From assembly GCA_951406725.2 (NCBI GenBank), contig OX597817.1, positions 74,152,001 through 74,216,000 on the forward strand: 64,000 nucleotides of DNA. The letters are read 5' to 3'. Each line of letters opens with the position of its first letter. The stretch's first letter is position 1. The notes under the pieces were generated by a model. It had not been told where the DNA came from. It was given only the letters and a program-made list of their open reading frames with translations, and did not search any database. Source of the stretch: Octopus vulgaris. Its lineage: Eukaryota. Shown in pieces: positions 27,308-40,145 of the stretch. Made by a program: the position numbers and the translations under genes.

Positions 27308-27904
27308 CAATGTATGCAAAGATACGAATGGGTTGTTAAAGATGCGTTTATATTATTTTATATTCTTAGTGTCAATGACTGGGCTTTTCCCATGGTAGGG
27401 ATGCTGCTTTGAATCAACCTGTTGAAAATAGCAGTCAAAATGCTATCAAATCATATTCTACTGCCATCAAAAAAAAAAAAATAATCATTATCATCATCAT
27501 TTAACGTCCGCCTTCCGTGCTGGTATGGATTAGACGGTTTGACTGGCACTGGCAAGCTGGAGAGCTGTACCAGGTTCCAGTTTGATTTGAGTTGGTTTCT
27601 ATGACTGGAGGCCCGTCCTAACACCAACCACTACAAGAGTGTAATGTGTGCTTTTTACATGCCACCTGTACGAGTGCCATTTACATGACATTGGCAACGG
27701 CCACGTGGTCACTGCTGAAAAGCTTTTATAATAAGTCTGCTCCATGAGAGTTTGTTCGGGATTAAACAACAAAAGCTATAAATGTACTCAGCCAATAAAG
27801 GATCCTCTATGTTGGTGCTGAAGCTTTCCTATTTCATTTAACCCCTTAGTTTGATATACCTCTGCATTTTTTATAGTACTTCTTTGAAAAAATATACATC
27901 CTTA

Positions 27905-28180
27905 TTTAACGTCCGCTTTCCATGCTAGCATGGGTTGGACGATTTGACTGAAGACTAGCGAACCAGATGGCTGCACCAGGCTCCAATCTGATCTGGCAGA
28001 GTTTCTACAGCTGGATGCCCTTCCTAATGCCAACCACCCCGAGAGTGTAGTGGGTGCTTTTACGAGCCACTGGCACGGAGGCCTGTCTGGTGGTACTGGC
28101 AACGGCCATGCTCAAATGGTGGTTTTTACATGCCGCCTGCACAAGAGTCAGTCCAGCGGCACTGACAACGACCTCACTCA
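27905..28180 (-). mobile_element. SINE family C (ends GGAAA-CGGACGTTAAA plus (TGA)n)
   Basis: Shared core TGGCATTAGGAAGGGCATCCAGCTGTAGAAAC. Other copies lie near 27500-27710 (-), 33000-33095, 40480-40722 (+) and 63495-63680 (+). Confidence 0.8.
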
Positions 28181-28352
28181 TTAATCTTTATATAAAAATG
28201 ACTCAGGTAGTACCAAAATGCTACCTTTAAGGTAACATGTTAGCAGTAGTATATATCTACTATCTTTTACTTGTTTGAATCATTAGACTACTACTATACT
28301 GGGGCACTGTCTTAAAAGGTTTAGTCAAATAAATTGATTCCCGTACTTATTT

Positions 28353-28567
28353 TTAACCCTTTAATATTCGGATTTTGTTGTCAAATGTATTGCTTAGTTA
28401 TTCACAGTTTTGAATTAACCATGCGTTATCTCATAACTTTTGAGAATTTTATGATATAACTATTAATTTTTAGAATAGCATTGGTTTGAGAGTTCAGATC
28501 TGGCTGGTTTGAACTTAAAACAAGTAGAATATTTTGGCCAGATATAGTTTAAATGTTAAAGGGTTAA
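28353..28567 (+). mobile_element. piggyBac-like MITE nested in a family A SINE
   Basis: TTAA|CCCTTTAA ... TTAAAGGG|TTAA, with SINE sequence continuing on both sides. Confidence 0.85.
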
Positions 28568-28674
28568 ATCTGGTGCTTATTCAACCAATTCTTTTGCTTA
28601 AGAAACAGTTAAATAAAAAAAAACTGTTTCTTATTAAAAAAATTGTTCTTGTGTATGGCAACTTTTGAATCACC

Positions 28675-28730
<56 letters not shown>

Positions 28731-28770
28731 TATGGCAACTTTTGAATCACCCTGTATATATATATATATA

Positions 28771-28823
<53 letters not shown>

Positions 28824-31056
28824 AAATTAGAGACAAAACCACTATTATGTAAATCAAACAAAGAAAGACTTAAGCCAATACATAAAAAATTTATATAATT
28901 AAAATTTAACAAATGAATAACCACTACGATCGTTTCGTGTCAGCACATCTTAGACATATATCGAAATGCTAAGTTATGGGGATGTAAACACCGGTTTACA
29001 ACCAACACCGGTTGTCAAGCAAAGATAAACATAGACACAAAAAACACTCACACACACACACACACATATATATATATGTATATGTACGATGGGCTTCTTA
29101 CAGTTTCCATCTACCAAATCCACTCACAAGCCTTTGGTCAGCCTGAAACTATAGCAGAAAACACCTACCCAAGGTGCCACACAGTGTGACTGAACTCGGA
29201 ACAATGTGGTTGGGTAGCAAGCTTCTTACCACACATCACAATTGCGCCTTTATATATATATATATATATAAAATACTCACACACACATATCAGAAATATA
29301 TATCAGAGTAAAATTTCCTATTTCTATCACTGATTTACATAATGAGTTCCAACTATTTATTGATATTTATATATTTTATTTTAATAATATGAAGCAATTA
29401 AATTTGTCCATTCTGGGGTACTGTCTTCAAGGGATTTAGTTGATTATATTGACTCCAGTTCTTTGTTTGGTATTTATTCTATTGATCTTCTAATTGAAAA
29501 GCATGTTTACTTGCAATTGAAAAGCATTTTCAATGTACAGTTTATTCCAAAATTAATTTCCAAGCAAATTTCCATAGATTTCTTCTGAAATATTAACAAT
29601 AAAACTCTGTCTGTCTGTCTGTCTGTCTGTGTGTGTGTGTAGTGGGGATGTGAGTTTAAAGATTCATGCACAGCTGGTGATTGGTGTATTTGTAATTTTT
29701 TCTACTTGTCTGTGTATTTATTTTGCGTGTGTATGTGTGTGTCTGTGTGCATGTGTGTAAGGTGGAAGAGAGCACCATTTAATTCCATGTCATTGTAGAA
29801 TGTTTATGCATTCGTTTGGAAGTTGAGGCATTGCAGGGTCACTACTATGAGATTCTCCCTGGGTTTTCATTCAACCCTAACATGTTAGAACACAATAGCA
29901 TAAAACAATGAGTATCAGCAGATAAAAACATCAACTGATAATATCTATGAATTAAATGCTTATTCATTTTCAGATATATCTTCGAATTCTTTATTCTAAG
30001 AACCTGGACATGGCCTTTTTTTAACTTTTCCTCCTTCTCCTCTTCTTCTTCTTCTTCTCCTCCTCCTAGCTGGCAACTGGTGTGGGGAGCCTGTCCTCTC
30101 TACCTGTATGTTGCTGTGAGTGCAGCTGGATGGTGAACTCTGGTGATGATATAATTCCACATTTTCCAGTCCATGGAACTAACCATAACATGTTTGAGGT
30201 CAAGGCACTGCAACATCAGGTCTTCCTCAATTTGTTTCACCCACACAGTCACATGCACATACGCATACACAATAGGCTTCTTTCAGTTTCTACAGTTTCT
30301 GTGCACCAGATCTTATCTACTCTCAAGACTTAGGTTGGCTCGAAGCAATAATAAAAGACACAAGGTTGAAGTGCTGTGCAGTGGGACTGAACCCAAGACC
30401 TCATGGTTGGGAAGCAAGCTTCTTAGCCATGCAGCCATACTCTCACATTTCTGTATTTTTCTCCAGTTCAGTTATTTTATTTTATTTTTTTTTTTTTTTT
30501 TTTGGTAACTCTGCATATCTTATTTACCACATGGAAACATGATTTTCATCAAATTTTCAAAGAGTGTGTGGGCAGGTAGGCCAATAATGAGATTACTTAA
30601 AAGAACTTTAGAAATTGTCTCAAAGCTTTTTCTGACAAGCTCACCAGATTGTCATCAGAATATCTTTGATATAGATATCTGAAAGAGATAGTTGATAGTT
30701 GGTCATGGAAGCTAAAATATTCATAATAAAATTATAAATAGATGAGCATTAAAGAAAAGACTATGAAGTAAAACAAGAATATTGTGTATATTATACTGTT
30801 TAGGTAACGTGTGTGTGTGTGTGTGTGAGTGTTTGAGGAATGATTTAAGCCGAAATAAATTGAAGTAACATGCATTATATACTGAAAAGTAATTATATCA
30901 AAAATAGGTTTTCATATACAAGGAAACCCATTTTGGTTGCTATTGATAGATATTGTTGCTCTTCTGTATAATTACTTATTGAATTTTCTGAGAAATATAA
31001 TATATAATGTGTGTGTGTGTGTATGTGTATATATATACACACACACACATGTATGC

Positions 31057-31100
<44 letters not shown>

Positions 31101-32609
31101 GTGTGTTTGTATACATATACAAAGAGAGAGAGAGATACGTATGTTATGTAACTGGAGAAGCACTTTGTACATACTGATAGAATATGGTATTGGCATTTAT
31201 TTTCATGTGGAAAATTTTGGTGACAGGGACTTGGAAGTTTTAAAGTGGCAGGCCTCAACAGAGAAGGGACAATACAATGAAAGGGAAAAGGTGATAGAAG
31301 GGTTAAGAGAAAAAGAAGATGAGGAAGAAGAATAAGAACCAGGGAAAAATGGAAACAGTAGGGATATATTAATTAAAAAAATATTTGAATCATATAATAC
31401 TTTAGTACTTATTTAATTTGTTAAAGGAAAATTGTTAGGGCTTACAAATCATAAACAATAATTAGCAAATCAGTCAAGCTTTTAGCTTGGAGATATTTAA
31501 AGATAATTATTTTCTTTTAATTTGTTTTAGTTATTAAACTGCTGCTATGCTGGAGCACTACCTTGAAGGGTAGAATTGAACAGATGTAACCCCAGTGCTT
31601 ATTTATTAAAGTCTGGTAGAATTTGAGAAAGGGGGATAGTTGATTACATCAACTCTGGTACTAATTTTATCGACTCTGAAAGGATGAAAAGCAAAGTTGA
31701 TCTTGGGCAGAATTTGAACTCAGAGCGTAAAGACAAGCAAAGCCTGGCATGCTAACGCCTCTGCCAGCTTGCCGCTTAATAATAACAATGGTATACTTCC
31801 ATTTCTCTATAAACTAGTGGCAGAGAGCAGGGTAAGGAATATGGTTGCAAATAGTATTGATACTATGTTTCACTTTTAAGGCAAGAGAGCATTAATGTAA
31901 GCCTTCACCTTCCACTTATCTTTTCCCTCGCGGGTCATACAAATAACAAATATTAAAGTTTTTCTGAAAGATATCAACTTTATCATCTGTGCAATATGAA
32001 GTATTTACAAGCACATGTTTGAGAAACAGCATGCTTACATAAACAAACATACGCAAACGCACATACATGCACACAAGTTCATTAGACATATTCAAACACA
32101 TATGTAAAACACACAACACAAACACACACAAACGCACTCACACTCACGCATATATAGTGTTGACATGCATATGCACTACATTAATATGTGACACGTGCAA
32201 GGATATACATAGAAGGCGTACATATCACGCATATACAGAATAGTCATACACACACACATTGATACATATATAGTGAGAAACACACAAATACATACATTCA
32301 TATAACACATATATTACATGCATTACAAATTCATATGCATAGATGCTTATTTCAGATTGAGAAACTTAGTCTTATAAGTCTACAATATGGAATTCCTGAA
32401 TTTGAAGAGTATTTGAAATGTTAATAAATTCTGTTACCAGTTAGCTGTATTTGTTTGCTAGGTTGTATGTAGTTATTATGTGTAATGCATACCTTCATAC
32501 ATACATTACATACATACATACATATATATACACAAATGTATTTGTCTCTATAGGTGTGTAAGTGCTTACATGTCTATGAATGTTAATAAATGTGTGTGTA
32601 TAACTATAG

Positions 32610-32666
32610 ATAATAATAATAATAATAATAATAATAATTGTGTACAGTGCTCAGGTGCACTACAAT
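32610..32666 (-). mobile_element. Extremely 5'-truncated CR1-like 3' end with (ATT)n tail
   Basis: The reverse complement TTGTAGTGCACCTGAGCACTGTAC matches the 3' end at about 3852-3875. Confidence 0.65.
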
Positions 32667-33107
32667 GTATGGATGTGTGGTAAAAAAATTTGCTTCCCAA
32701 CTACATGGTTCCACTGTGGCATCCTGGTCAAGTGTCTTCTATAGATCTGGGTTGAGCAAAGCTTTGTGAGTGAATTTAGTTGATGGAAACTAAAAGAAGA
32801 CTGTTTTTGTGTGTGTGTATGTGCATATATATTGTGATATAAAGATATTTTTTTAACATGAAACCAATGGTAGCCTTAATATACAAATAAAGAAATTTTA
32901 TCCACCCATGTAGTGTTGAGAACATGTTCTCATTGTTCAACATATATATATATATATATATGAGTCAATGAGTTTGACGAGTTGCTTATATATATATATG
33001 TGACATTAGGAAGGGCATCCAGCTGTAGAAACCATGCCAAATCAAACTGTCCAATCCATGCCAGCATGGACAACGGACTTTAAATGATGATGATATATAT
33101 ATATATA

Positions 33108-33340
33108 TATTTCTTTATTGCCCACTGAGGGGCTAAACATATAGGGGACAAACAAGGACTGACAAAGAGAATAAATCAATTAGATCGACCTCCAGTGTGT
33201 AACTGATACTTATATAATTGACCCCGAAAGGATGAAAGGCAAAGTCAACATCGGTGGAATTTGAACTCAGAATGTAATGGCAGACGAAATACCGCTAAGC
33301 ATTTCGCCTGGCATGCTAACGATTCTGCCAGCTTGCTGCC
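33108..33340 (-). mobile_element. SINE family D with LINE-like tail, CpG-decayed
   Basis: Reverse-complement homolog of 13801-14016 and 42011-42238. Confidence 0.85.
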
Positions 33341-34145
33341 CTGATATATATATGTTCTCTTTTACTTATTTCAATCACTGGATAGCAATCATGTTGCAGC
33401 ACCATCTTGTAGGATTTAGTTATCTAATCATTCTCAGTACAAGGCATATTGTAAACCTAGTACTTATCATATTGGATTCTTTTTGATGAACTGTTAAGTT
33501 AAAAGGATGTAAACAAACCAATGACTGTTATCCCCCCATACACAAACACACACATACACATACACTCTAGATTGCCTCACAGTTTCTGTCTACTAGATTT
33601 ACTCACAAGGAATTGGTCAATCAGGGATTATAAAAAACTTGGTCAGTGGGACTGAACTCAAAATCCTGTGTTTACTAAACAAACATTTTAGCCACACAGC
33701 CAATGCCCGTCTCTGTAGTGTGTATATGGCTGTTTCTCCACTACTTCAAATTTTCAGGTGGTATATAAAATGAAAAATGCTTCAAGGCTACTGAAATGAT
33801 TGATAGCATTTGTTGCCACAGAACTGAATAGTAAGCTTCCAATTTGGCCTGTCGTTTATATCTGGTGAATTAATCAACACACCCAATTTTCTTTTTAATT
33901 GAAAAAACTGATTGATTGAAACTTTTGAAACAGTTAACAAAATTCCTTTGATAGGTGATTAACTTACACGATTTTAATATTTTGTTACTAGTAAGCTACT
34001 TAGGATCAGTTGTATGTTACATAAGACCAGTCATAAGTTACATATGTTATTTATGTATATAGATGATTTAGTTATTGATATGTATTGGGTTGACAATTGA
34101 TAACCTTAGCCCCTATTACTGAGGTTTTCAATTCCTATTCTTCTT

Positions 34146-34824
34146 GAATCCTTTAGCATTTAAAATGGCCATATCTGGCCCAGATATTCTACCTGTTTTA
34201 TTTTCAAATTGATCAGATCCAGCTTCTCACACTTATGCTACAATGTCATTCTTAAACTAGGCAATCATATCATCGAAATTATGATGCTACGAGGTGATGC
34301 ATGATTAATTCAAAACAACGTGAATAAATAAGTACAACATTTGAGAGGATAATATGCACTATAAAAGGTCAATAATCCAAATTTTGACAAGTTTCTTCCA
34401 CAAGTTTCCCCATCTTAGCAATTACTTTCACTTAATTTGATAACAGTAACAACAACTTGGATCATGCAAGTTAAGAAAAATTTGATTGGATCACTTACAG
34501 GCTAATGTAATCCTCCCCCCCTTCCCACTTCTCCCCATTTCTCCCCTCTTCTTCCCCTCCTCTTTCTTCCCTCCTTCTCCTCCTTCCCCTCATTGTTTAA
34601 CCCTTTAGCATTCTGATTTCTCTGACAAATATTATGCATATTTATTCGCATTCACAAAAATTAGTCATGCTTTACCTTGTAGCTCTGAAATTTCAGTGAT
34701 GTGATTGTTTGTTTTTAGAATAATATTGTAGAGTAAGTATGAGAGGCCAAATCTGGCTGGCTTACAGATAAAACAAGTAGATATTTTTGCCCAGATGTGG
34801 CCAGTTTAAATACTAAAGGGCTAT
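34146..34824. mobile_element. Two piggyBac-like MITE copies in opposite orientation (34146-34372 and 34597-34824)
   Basis: Both are homologous to 22378-22591; the second starts TTAA|CCCTTTAGCATT and ends TACTAAAGGG. Confidence 0.75.
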
Positions 34825-34996
34825 ATGTCTACTTTTCTGTGCTGGCATATGTTGCACAGAGATTACTGAGGTAGATGTTCTTCAGCCAAATGCCCATCCT
34901 ATGATCTACTTTTACCTGATTCGAAGCAAAATAGTAATTCCTTATATCCAGACATGTTTTTGCAGAATACTGGGAATGAATACCATTCATTTACAG

Positions 34997-35220
34997 CAGT
35001 GGTTCTTAACTGGGGTCCACGTGACCCTTGAGGGTCCACATAAGACTTTGCTGAGAAAATTTATCTGCAATAAATTGGTTATACTTTTACAATACACAAA
35101 ATATTTCAACGATTATTTAATACAGTTCCTAATAATATTTAATTACAAAAGTATAACGAGGTTTTTTAGACATCAAATATTTATTAAGGTCCAGACAAGT
35201 AAAATAGGAATCAAAGGAGT
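34997..35220 (+). mobile_element. hAT-like MITE left part, truncated at a SINE
   Basis: Starts CAGTGGTTCTTAACTGGGGTCC, a Charlie/hAT-type terminus; a related end lies near 54804-54870. Confidence 0.5.
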
Positions 35221-35225
35221 AAAAG

Positions 35226-35470
35226 AGGAGGTGTGTGGCTTTGTGGTTAGGGTGTTGGACTCGTGATCATATAGTTGTGGATTCGATTCCGAGATGGGTG
35301 ATGTGTTGTGTTCTTAAGCAAAACACTTCATTTCACGTTGCTCCAGTTCACTCAGTTGGCAAAAGTAAATAATCCTGTGATGGACTGGTGTCCCATCCAG
35401 GTGGGGAATATATACACCATGGAAAGCGGGAAACCAGCCCTTATGAGTCAGTATGACTAGAGAAGGAGAA
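35226..35470 (+). mobile_element. tRNA-derived SINE, family B
   Basis: A-box TGGCTTTGTGGTTAGG, B-box GATTCGATTCC and CORE-like TGTGTTCTTAAGCAAAACACTTCATTTCAC. Confidence 0.8.
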
Positions 35471-36553
35471 CCACTGATTTACAACAATCAGGTGGCAACA
35501 AGACAAGGAAGGAGACATAACCATACACACTTACATGCACACACACATACACACACACATACGCATGATAAGCTTCTTTCAGTTTCCATGTACCTAATAA
35601 CCTGAAAAGGATTTGACCACTAGAAGTCACTTGACCCTAATGTTACAAGCTTCTTTCAGTCTCCATATACCAAATCCATTTAAAAGAATTTGGCCTGTTG
35701 GGACTTTAGTAGAAAGTACTTGCATCTGGTGTTACAGGCTTCTTTCAAATCCATTCAAGAGAATTTGACCAGCATGAGACTTTAGTAGAAGACACTTGCT
35801 CCTGGTGCTATGCAGTAGGACTTAACCCCAATCTATGTGGTTGGTAAGCAAACTTATTAACCACACAGCCACATTTCTGCCTATACTACAATATAAATAG
35901 CATCCATTCATCACATGATTTAAAAGCTATCTTTTCACAAATTTTGTCTGAAACAAATAAATAAATAATAAAATATAAAAAATGTATTTATTCAAGAAAT
36001 TTATTGCAAAATTAAAAATGTTATAACGGATATTACATCAAAATCTGAACTATGTTATTCTTATAATTCACTGAAATGGTGTGAATAACTTGAAAACATT
36101 TTTCTGTTTTGATATGGTTATTTGTAAACATGAAGTACTTGCTACTATCATTTTAATTCATTATGAAAACAGCAGCTTCTAGAAGCACTTTATTCATACC
36201 AAATCAAAAGAGAACAAAAAATGAGTCAATTTTAAGCTTCATTTCATCAATTTGGTTTTACAAAGAATTGGCAAAAATCTTAAGCAATTAACTGAAATTC
36301 CACACAGACTTTATTTTTATTTGCATAGGCAATTAACCAACCAATTTTGCATAGATTTGCTGGTAAACAGTCCAGTATTTTGGAAAGTTATGCAATTAAC
36401 TGAATTATTCAATTATTTGGTGTACAATTAAGTGGCAGTGACACACACGGACACACATAATGCGTATGCATATGTATGTGTGTATCTCTATGTACACACA
36501 CACACATCATTATATATATATGTATTTGATGTGTGTACACACATCAGTGTGTA

Positions 36554-36604
<51 letters not shown>

Positions 36605-36894
36605 TCATACACATATATATCTATATATTATAAACGTAAGACCAGTTCAAAGTTGTATAGTTCCCTTCACTACTTCGCTTGTCATGAGTGTATATATATC
36701 AATGCTTGACATGCGATGCAGTGAATGAAAGTACACACACACATTAGAAGAAGTTTTAATTAAAACTTAAATTGCCAAATTAATTCACTTGTTACTTATG
36801 CCCCATTTTGAAATAATTCATGTTCCACTCAAATATTGTAACATCCCAGACGCAACACATTCCCCACCTCAAAAAACACAGATATATACATATA

Positions 36895-37101
36895 TTCTTT
36901 TATACCATTTGACTGCAGCCATGCTGGAGCAGCACTTTAAGGGGTTTTAGTGGAACAAATCGACCCAGGGCTTATTCTTTGTAAGCTCATTACTTATTCT
37001 ATTGGTCTCTTTAGCTGAATCGCTAAGTCACTGGGACATAAATGCACCAACATCAGTTGTCAAGCGATGGTGGTGGGGGACAAACACAGACACAAATATA
37101 T

Positions 37102-37136
<35 letters not shown>

Positions 37137-37460
37137 AAATGGAACAAAAATGCAGTAGAGGACAAGAAAACATTCAGACAGGAGAAACAATTAGGACAGT
37201 AAAAAAAAGGACGGGTCATTTGTGACCTTCTTTCTTCAGTCAAGATACCAGATGTCCTTACTGTTTCGGGTGTGCTTACCTTATATATACATACAATGGG
37301 TTTCTCTCAGTTTCCATCTACCAAATCCATTCGCAAGGCTTTGGTAAGCCCAAAGCAATAGTAGTAAACAGTTGCCCATGGTGCCACACAATGGGACTGA
37401 ACTCAGAACCATGTGGTTGGGAAACAAACTTCTTACCACCTAGCCATTCCTGCACCTGTA
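36895..37460 (-). mobile_element. SINE family A interrupted at its (TA)n by a foreign insert of about 150 bp (37135-37283)
   Basis: SINE homology on both sides of the insert. Confidence 0.75.
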
Positions 37461-37689
37461 TGTATATATAATCTACTGTAGGATAAATCTTCAATTTTTC
37501 TATAATGCATTGTAACATCAAAATAAGCATTACTGTATTTGCTTCTGCAATTTACTAATTGAACCGCATTATTTATGCAAAGTGATTTATCCAATTTGGT
37601 GAAACCCCAAACAATTGTTACTACATACAATTTACCTTACAGTTCTGGGCCAACCAAAGCTTTGTGTGTGCATATAAGTATACATGTAT

Positions 37690-37724
<35 letters not shown>

Positions 37725-38999
37725 CATATATGTCTGTGTGTGAGCATGTCTCCTTGTCTTGACATCATATTATAGTTGTAAACAAGTGTCCCTGTCATAC
37801 AAGCAGTGTCATTCTTTTCCCTAATTCTGCAAAAACATGTCTGGCCATGGGGAAATATCAGGTTCAAAAATAGGTAAGAGTTGGCAACAGAAAGCGCATC
37901 CAGCTGTAGAAAATCTTCCTCCATCTGACCTATGCAATCATGGAGAAGGGGTTGTTAAAGCAGTGGTGATTATGATATATGCTTTTGTAAGAATCATTCT
38001 GTCTTTTCTATTTTTTGCTTTTATGTTTGTTCAGAGGACAAATAAGTGACTATTTCCTACTGAAAACACATAACAAAAACAAAAAAAAAGAACCCCTTTA
38101 AGTAACAGTTGTATGAAGTATCATCTTTGAATGAATAAACAAACTTTGTTCCACATGAGTACGCTTTCATACATTTGTACATCCAAATACATACATACAT
38201 ATATACACATATAAACTCACTAGGTATTTCAACATGATGTAACTATTAAATATCAAGTCTGAACTGACCAAGTCATGTGAAATCTCTTGATAACACTTTT
38301 CAATAATGTTCTTGTTGTTGCTATAATGGTGCTGTTAATATTGGGTGTTCATCTTGAGAGTTGTTTGTTATGGAAATTCATTGAATAGCTTTAGACAGTT
38401 TTGAACATGACCTAATGATTGTTCACTTCACATACACACACTCCAGTTAGCAATACCAGACATACCAGACATATATGACATTTTGTCTTGCTATATCAAT
38501 TAATTAGTAATTAATTTGTTCCTAATTATTTTTCTTATAAAGCTAAAACAATGCAAGTCATAAGAATCAATATAGATCAATAGTTAGTACTTGTGCCTTG
38601 TATTTCAATACTTCAAGGTTAGGATCCCTTTTGCAGAAAAAATACTAACCTTTGACCTGTTTTATCTCCTATAACTTGCATTACTTTTGCCTTATATAAA
38701 AAAACAAAAGAGCAACAAAAAGCAAAACATATCAGCTAATGCTTCATGAGCATAGGTCTATTATATTGACCCTGGTATTCATGTTATTGACAAATTATTT
38801 TATGAACCTCAAAATGACAAAAAGTGAAATGGACTACATAACAGAACACCACAAAATATTTTGTTTGATACCCAATTGATTCTGAAATCTACCCTTACCA
38901 TATTTTTCACATTTAAATTCCAATTTTTCTAAACCAAACATTGATGTCTTACTTGGGTCCAGGGTTGTTATTTTGGTGGGGACCAAATCCACATAGTAT

Positions 39000-39222
39000 T
39001 TAACCCTTGAGCATTTAAACTGACCATGCCTGGCCCACATACCTGTTTTCTGTTCAAACTGGCCTGATTCAACCCCTCACACCTACCCTAATATATCATT
39101 CTAAAAATTATCAATCACATCGTTGAAATCTTGAAGCTATAAGATAATGTTTGATTAATTCTAAACAATGTGAATAAATAAGTATTACATTTGACAGAGT
39201 AATCTGAATGCTGAAGGGTTGA
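39000..39222 (-). mobile_element. piggyBac-like MITE
   Basis: TTAA|CCCTTGAGCATTT ... AATGCTGAAGGG|TTGA; another copy lies at about 43994-44209. Confidence 0.8.
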
Positions 39223-39921
39223 CTAGTATTTTATTTTAATCCTTTCAACACCAATATACTATTAAAATGGGGAAATATGAATTCATATCTTGGATCCAAA
39301 TATCATAATTACAGGAAACATCATCATCATCATTATCACTGCCACCATCACTACCACTACCTCCGTCATCATCATTATCTCCTCTGATTAATGCTGCCAA
39401 TCATTGGGCTGTGACTCCAGATGCTTTAACAATTAGCAGTCACTATGAATTTTTGTTTCCCTTCCCTCATATGCAAAAGGACTGCAGTTATTTTGCTAAA
39501 TCATAATTCTTGATTATTTTGAAATCAAAACACAAAAAAAGGTAGACTGTATTCTTGTATTCTTGTTTGAAATATGGTTATAAAAGAGTTAAACTAAAAA
39601 TTGACAACATTGTAAAAGTGTCATTTTTAAATATTTACAAATGCATAAAAACTGTCACATCCATGTTTTTTTCTTATAATTGTTGTATAGCATGAAGTGT
39701 CAAAATATTTCAGTGCGCTTTTGTGACCTGGTTACTGATTCTTGCCAAGCAATTAGAAAATTAGTACTTTCAAATATTGATTTCCTATGTAGACACAAGA
39801 CCTCATTTTTAGTGGAGAAATATAGTTAACTATATTAATCCCAGTTCTTGATTTGCACTTTATTTTATTGATCTTGGAAGGATGGAACGAAAATTGACTG
39901 ACTGGATTTGAACTCAAAGTA

Positions 39922-40145
39922 CAAGGTGTTGCCCTGATTTCAAAGGTTAATAAAAAAAAAACAAACACATGAACGAACAAGAAAAAAAGATGTTCTCCAC
40001 TCCAGGCGATGGTGGGTACTACTTGAAACAGAAAAAAAAATGGCATTTAATGGACTTCATAGAAATACAAAGTTTTTTCATGCATCTTCATGTGTTTGTT
40101 TTTTATTAACCTTTGAAACTGGGGCAACTTTTTTGCCGCAACCTG
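39922..40145. mobile_element. Tc1/mariner-type MITE with TA flanks, nested in a family D SINE
   Basis: Inverted arms GTTGCCCTGATTTCAAAGGTTAATAAAAAAAAAACAAACACATGAA / TTCATGTGTTTGTTTTTTATTAACCTTTGAAACTGGGGCAAC; ends TA|CA..CCTG|TA. Confidence 0.75.
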
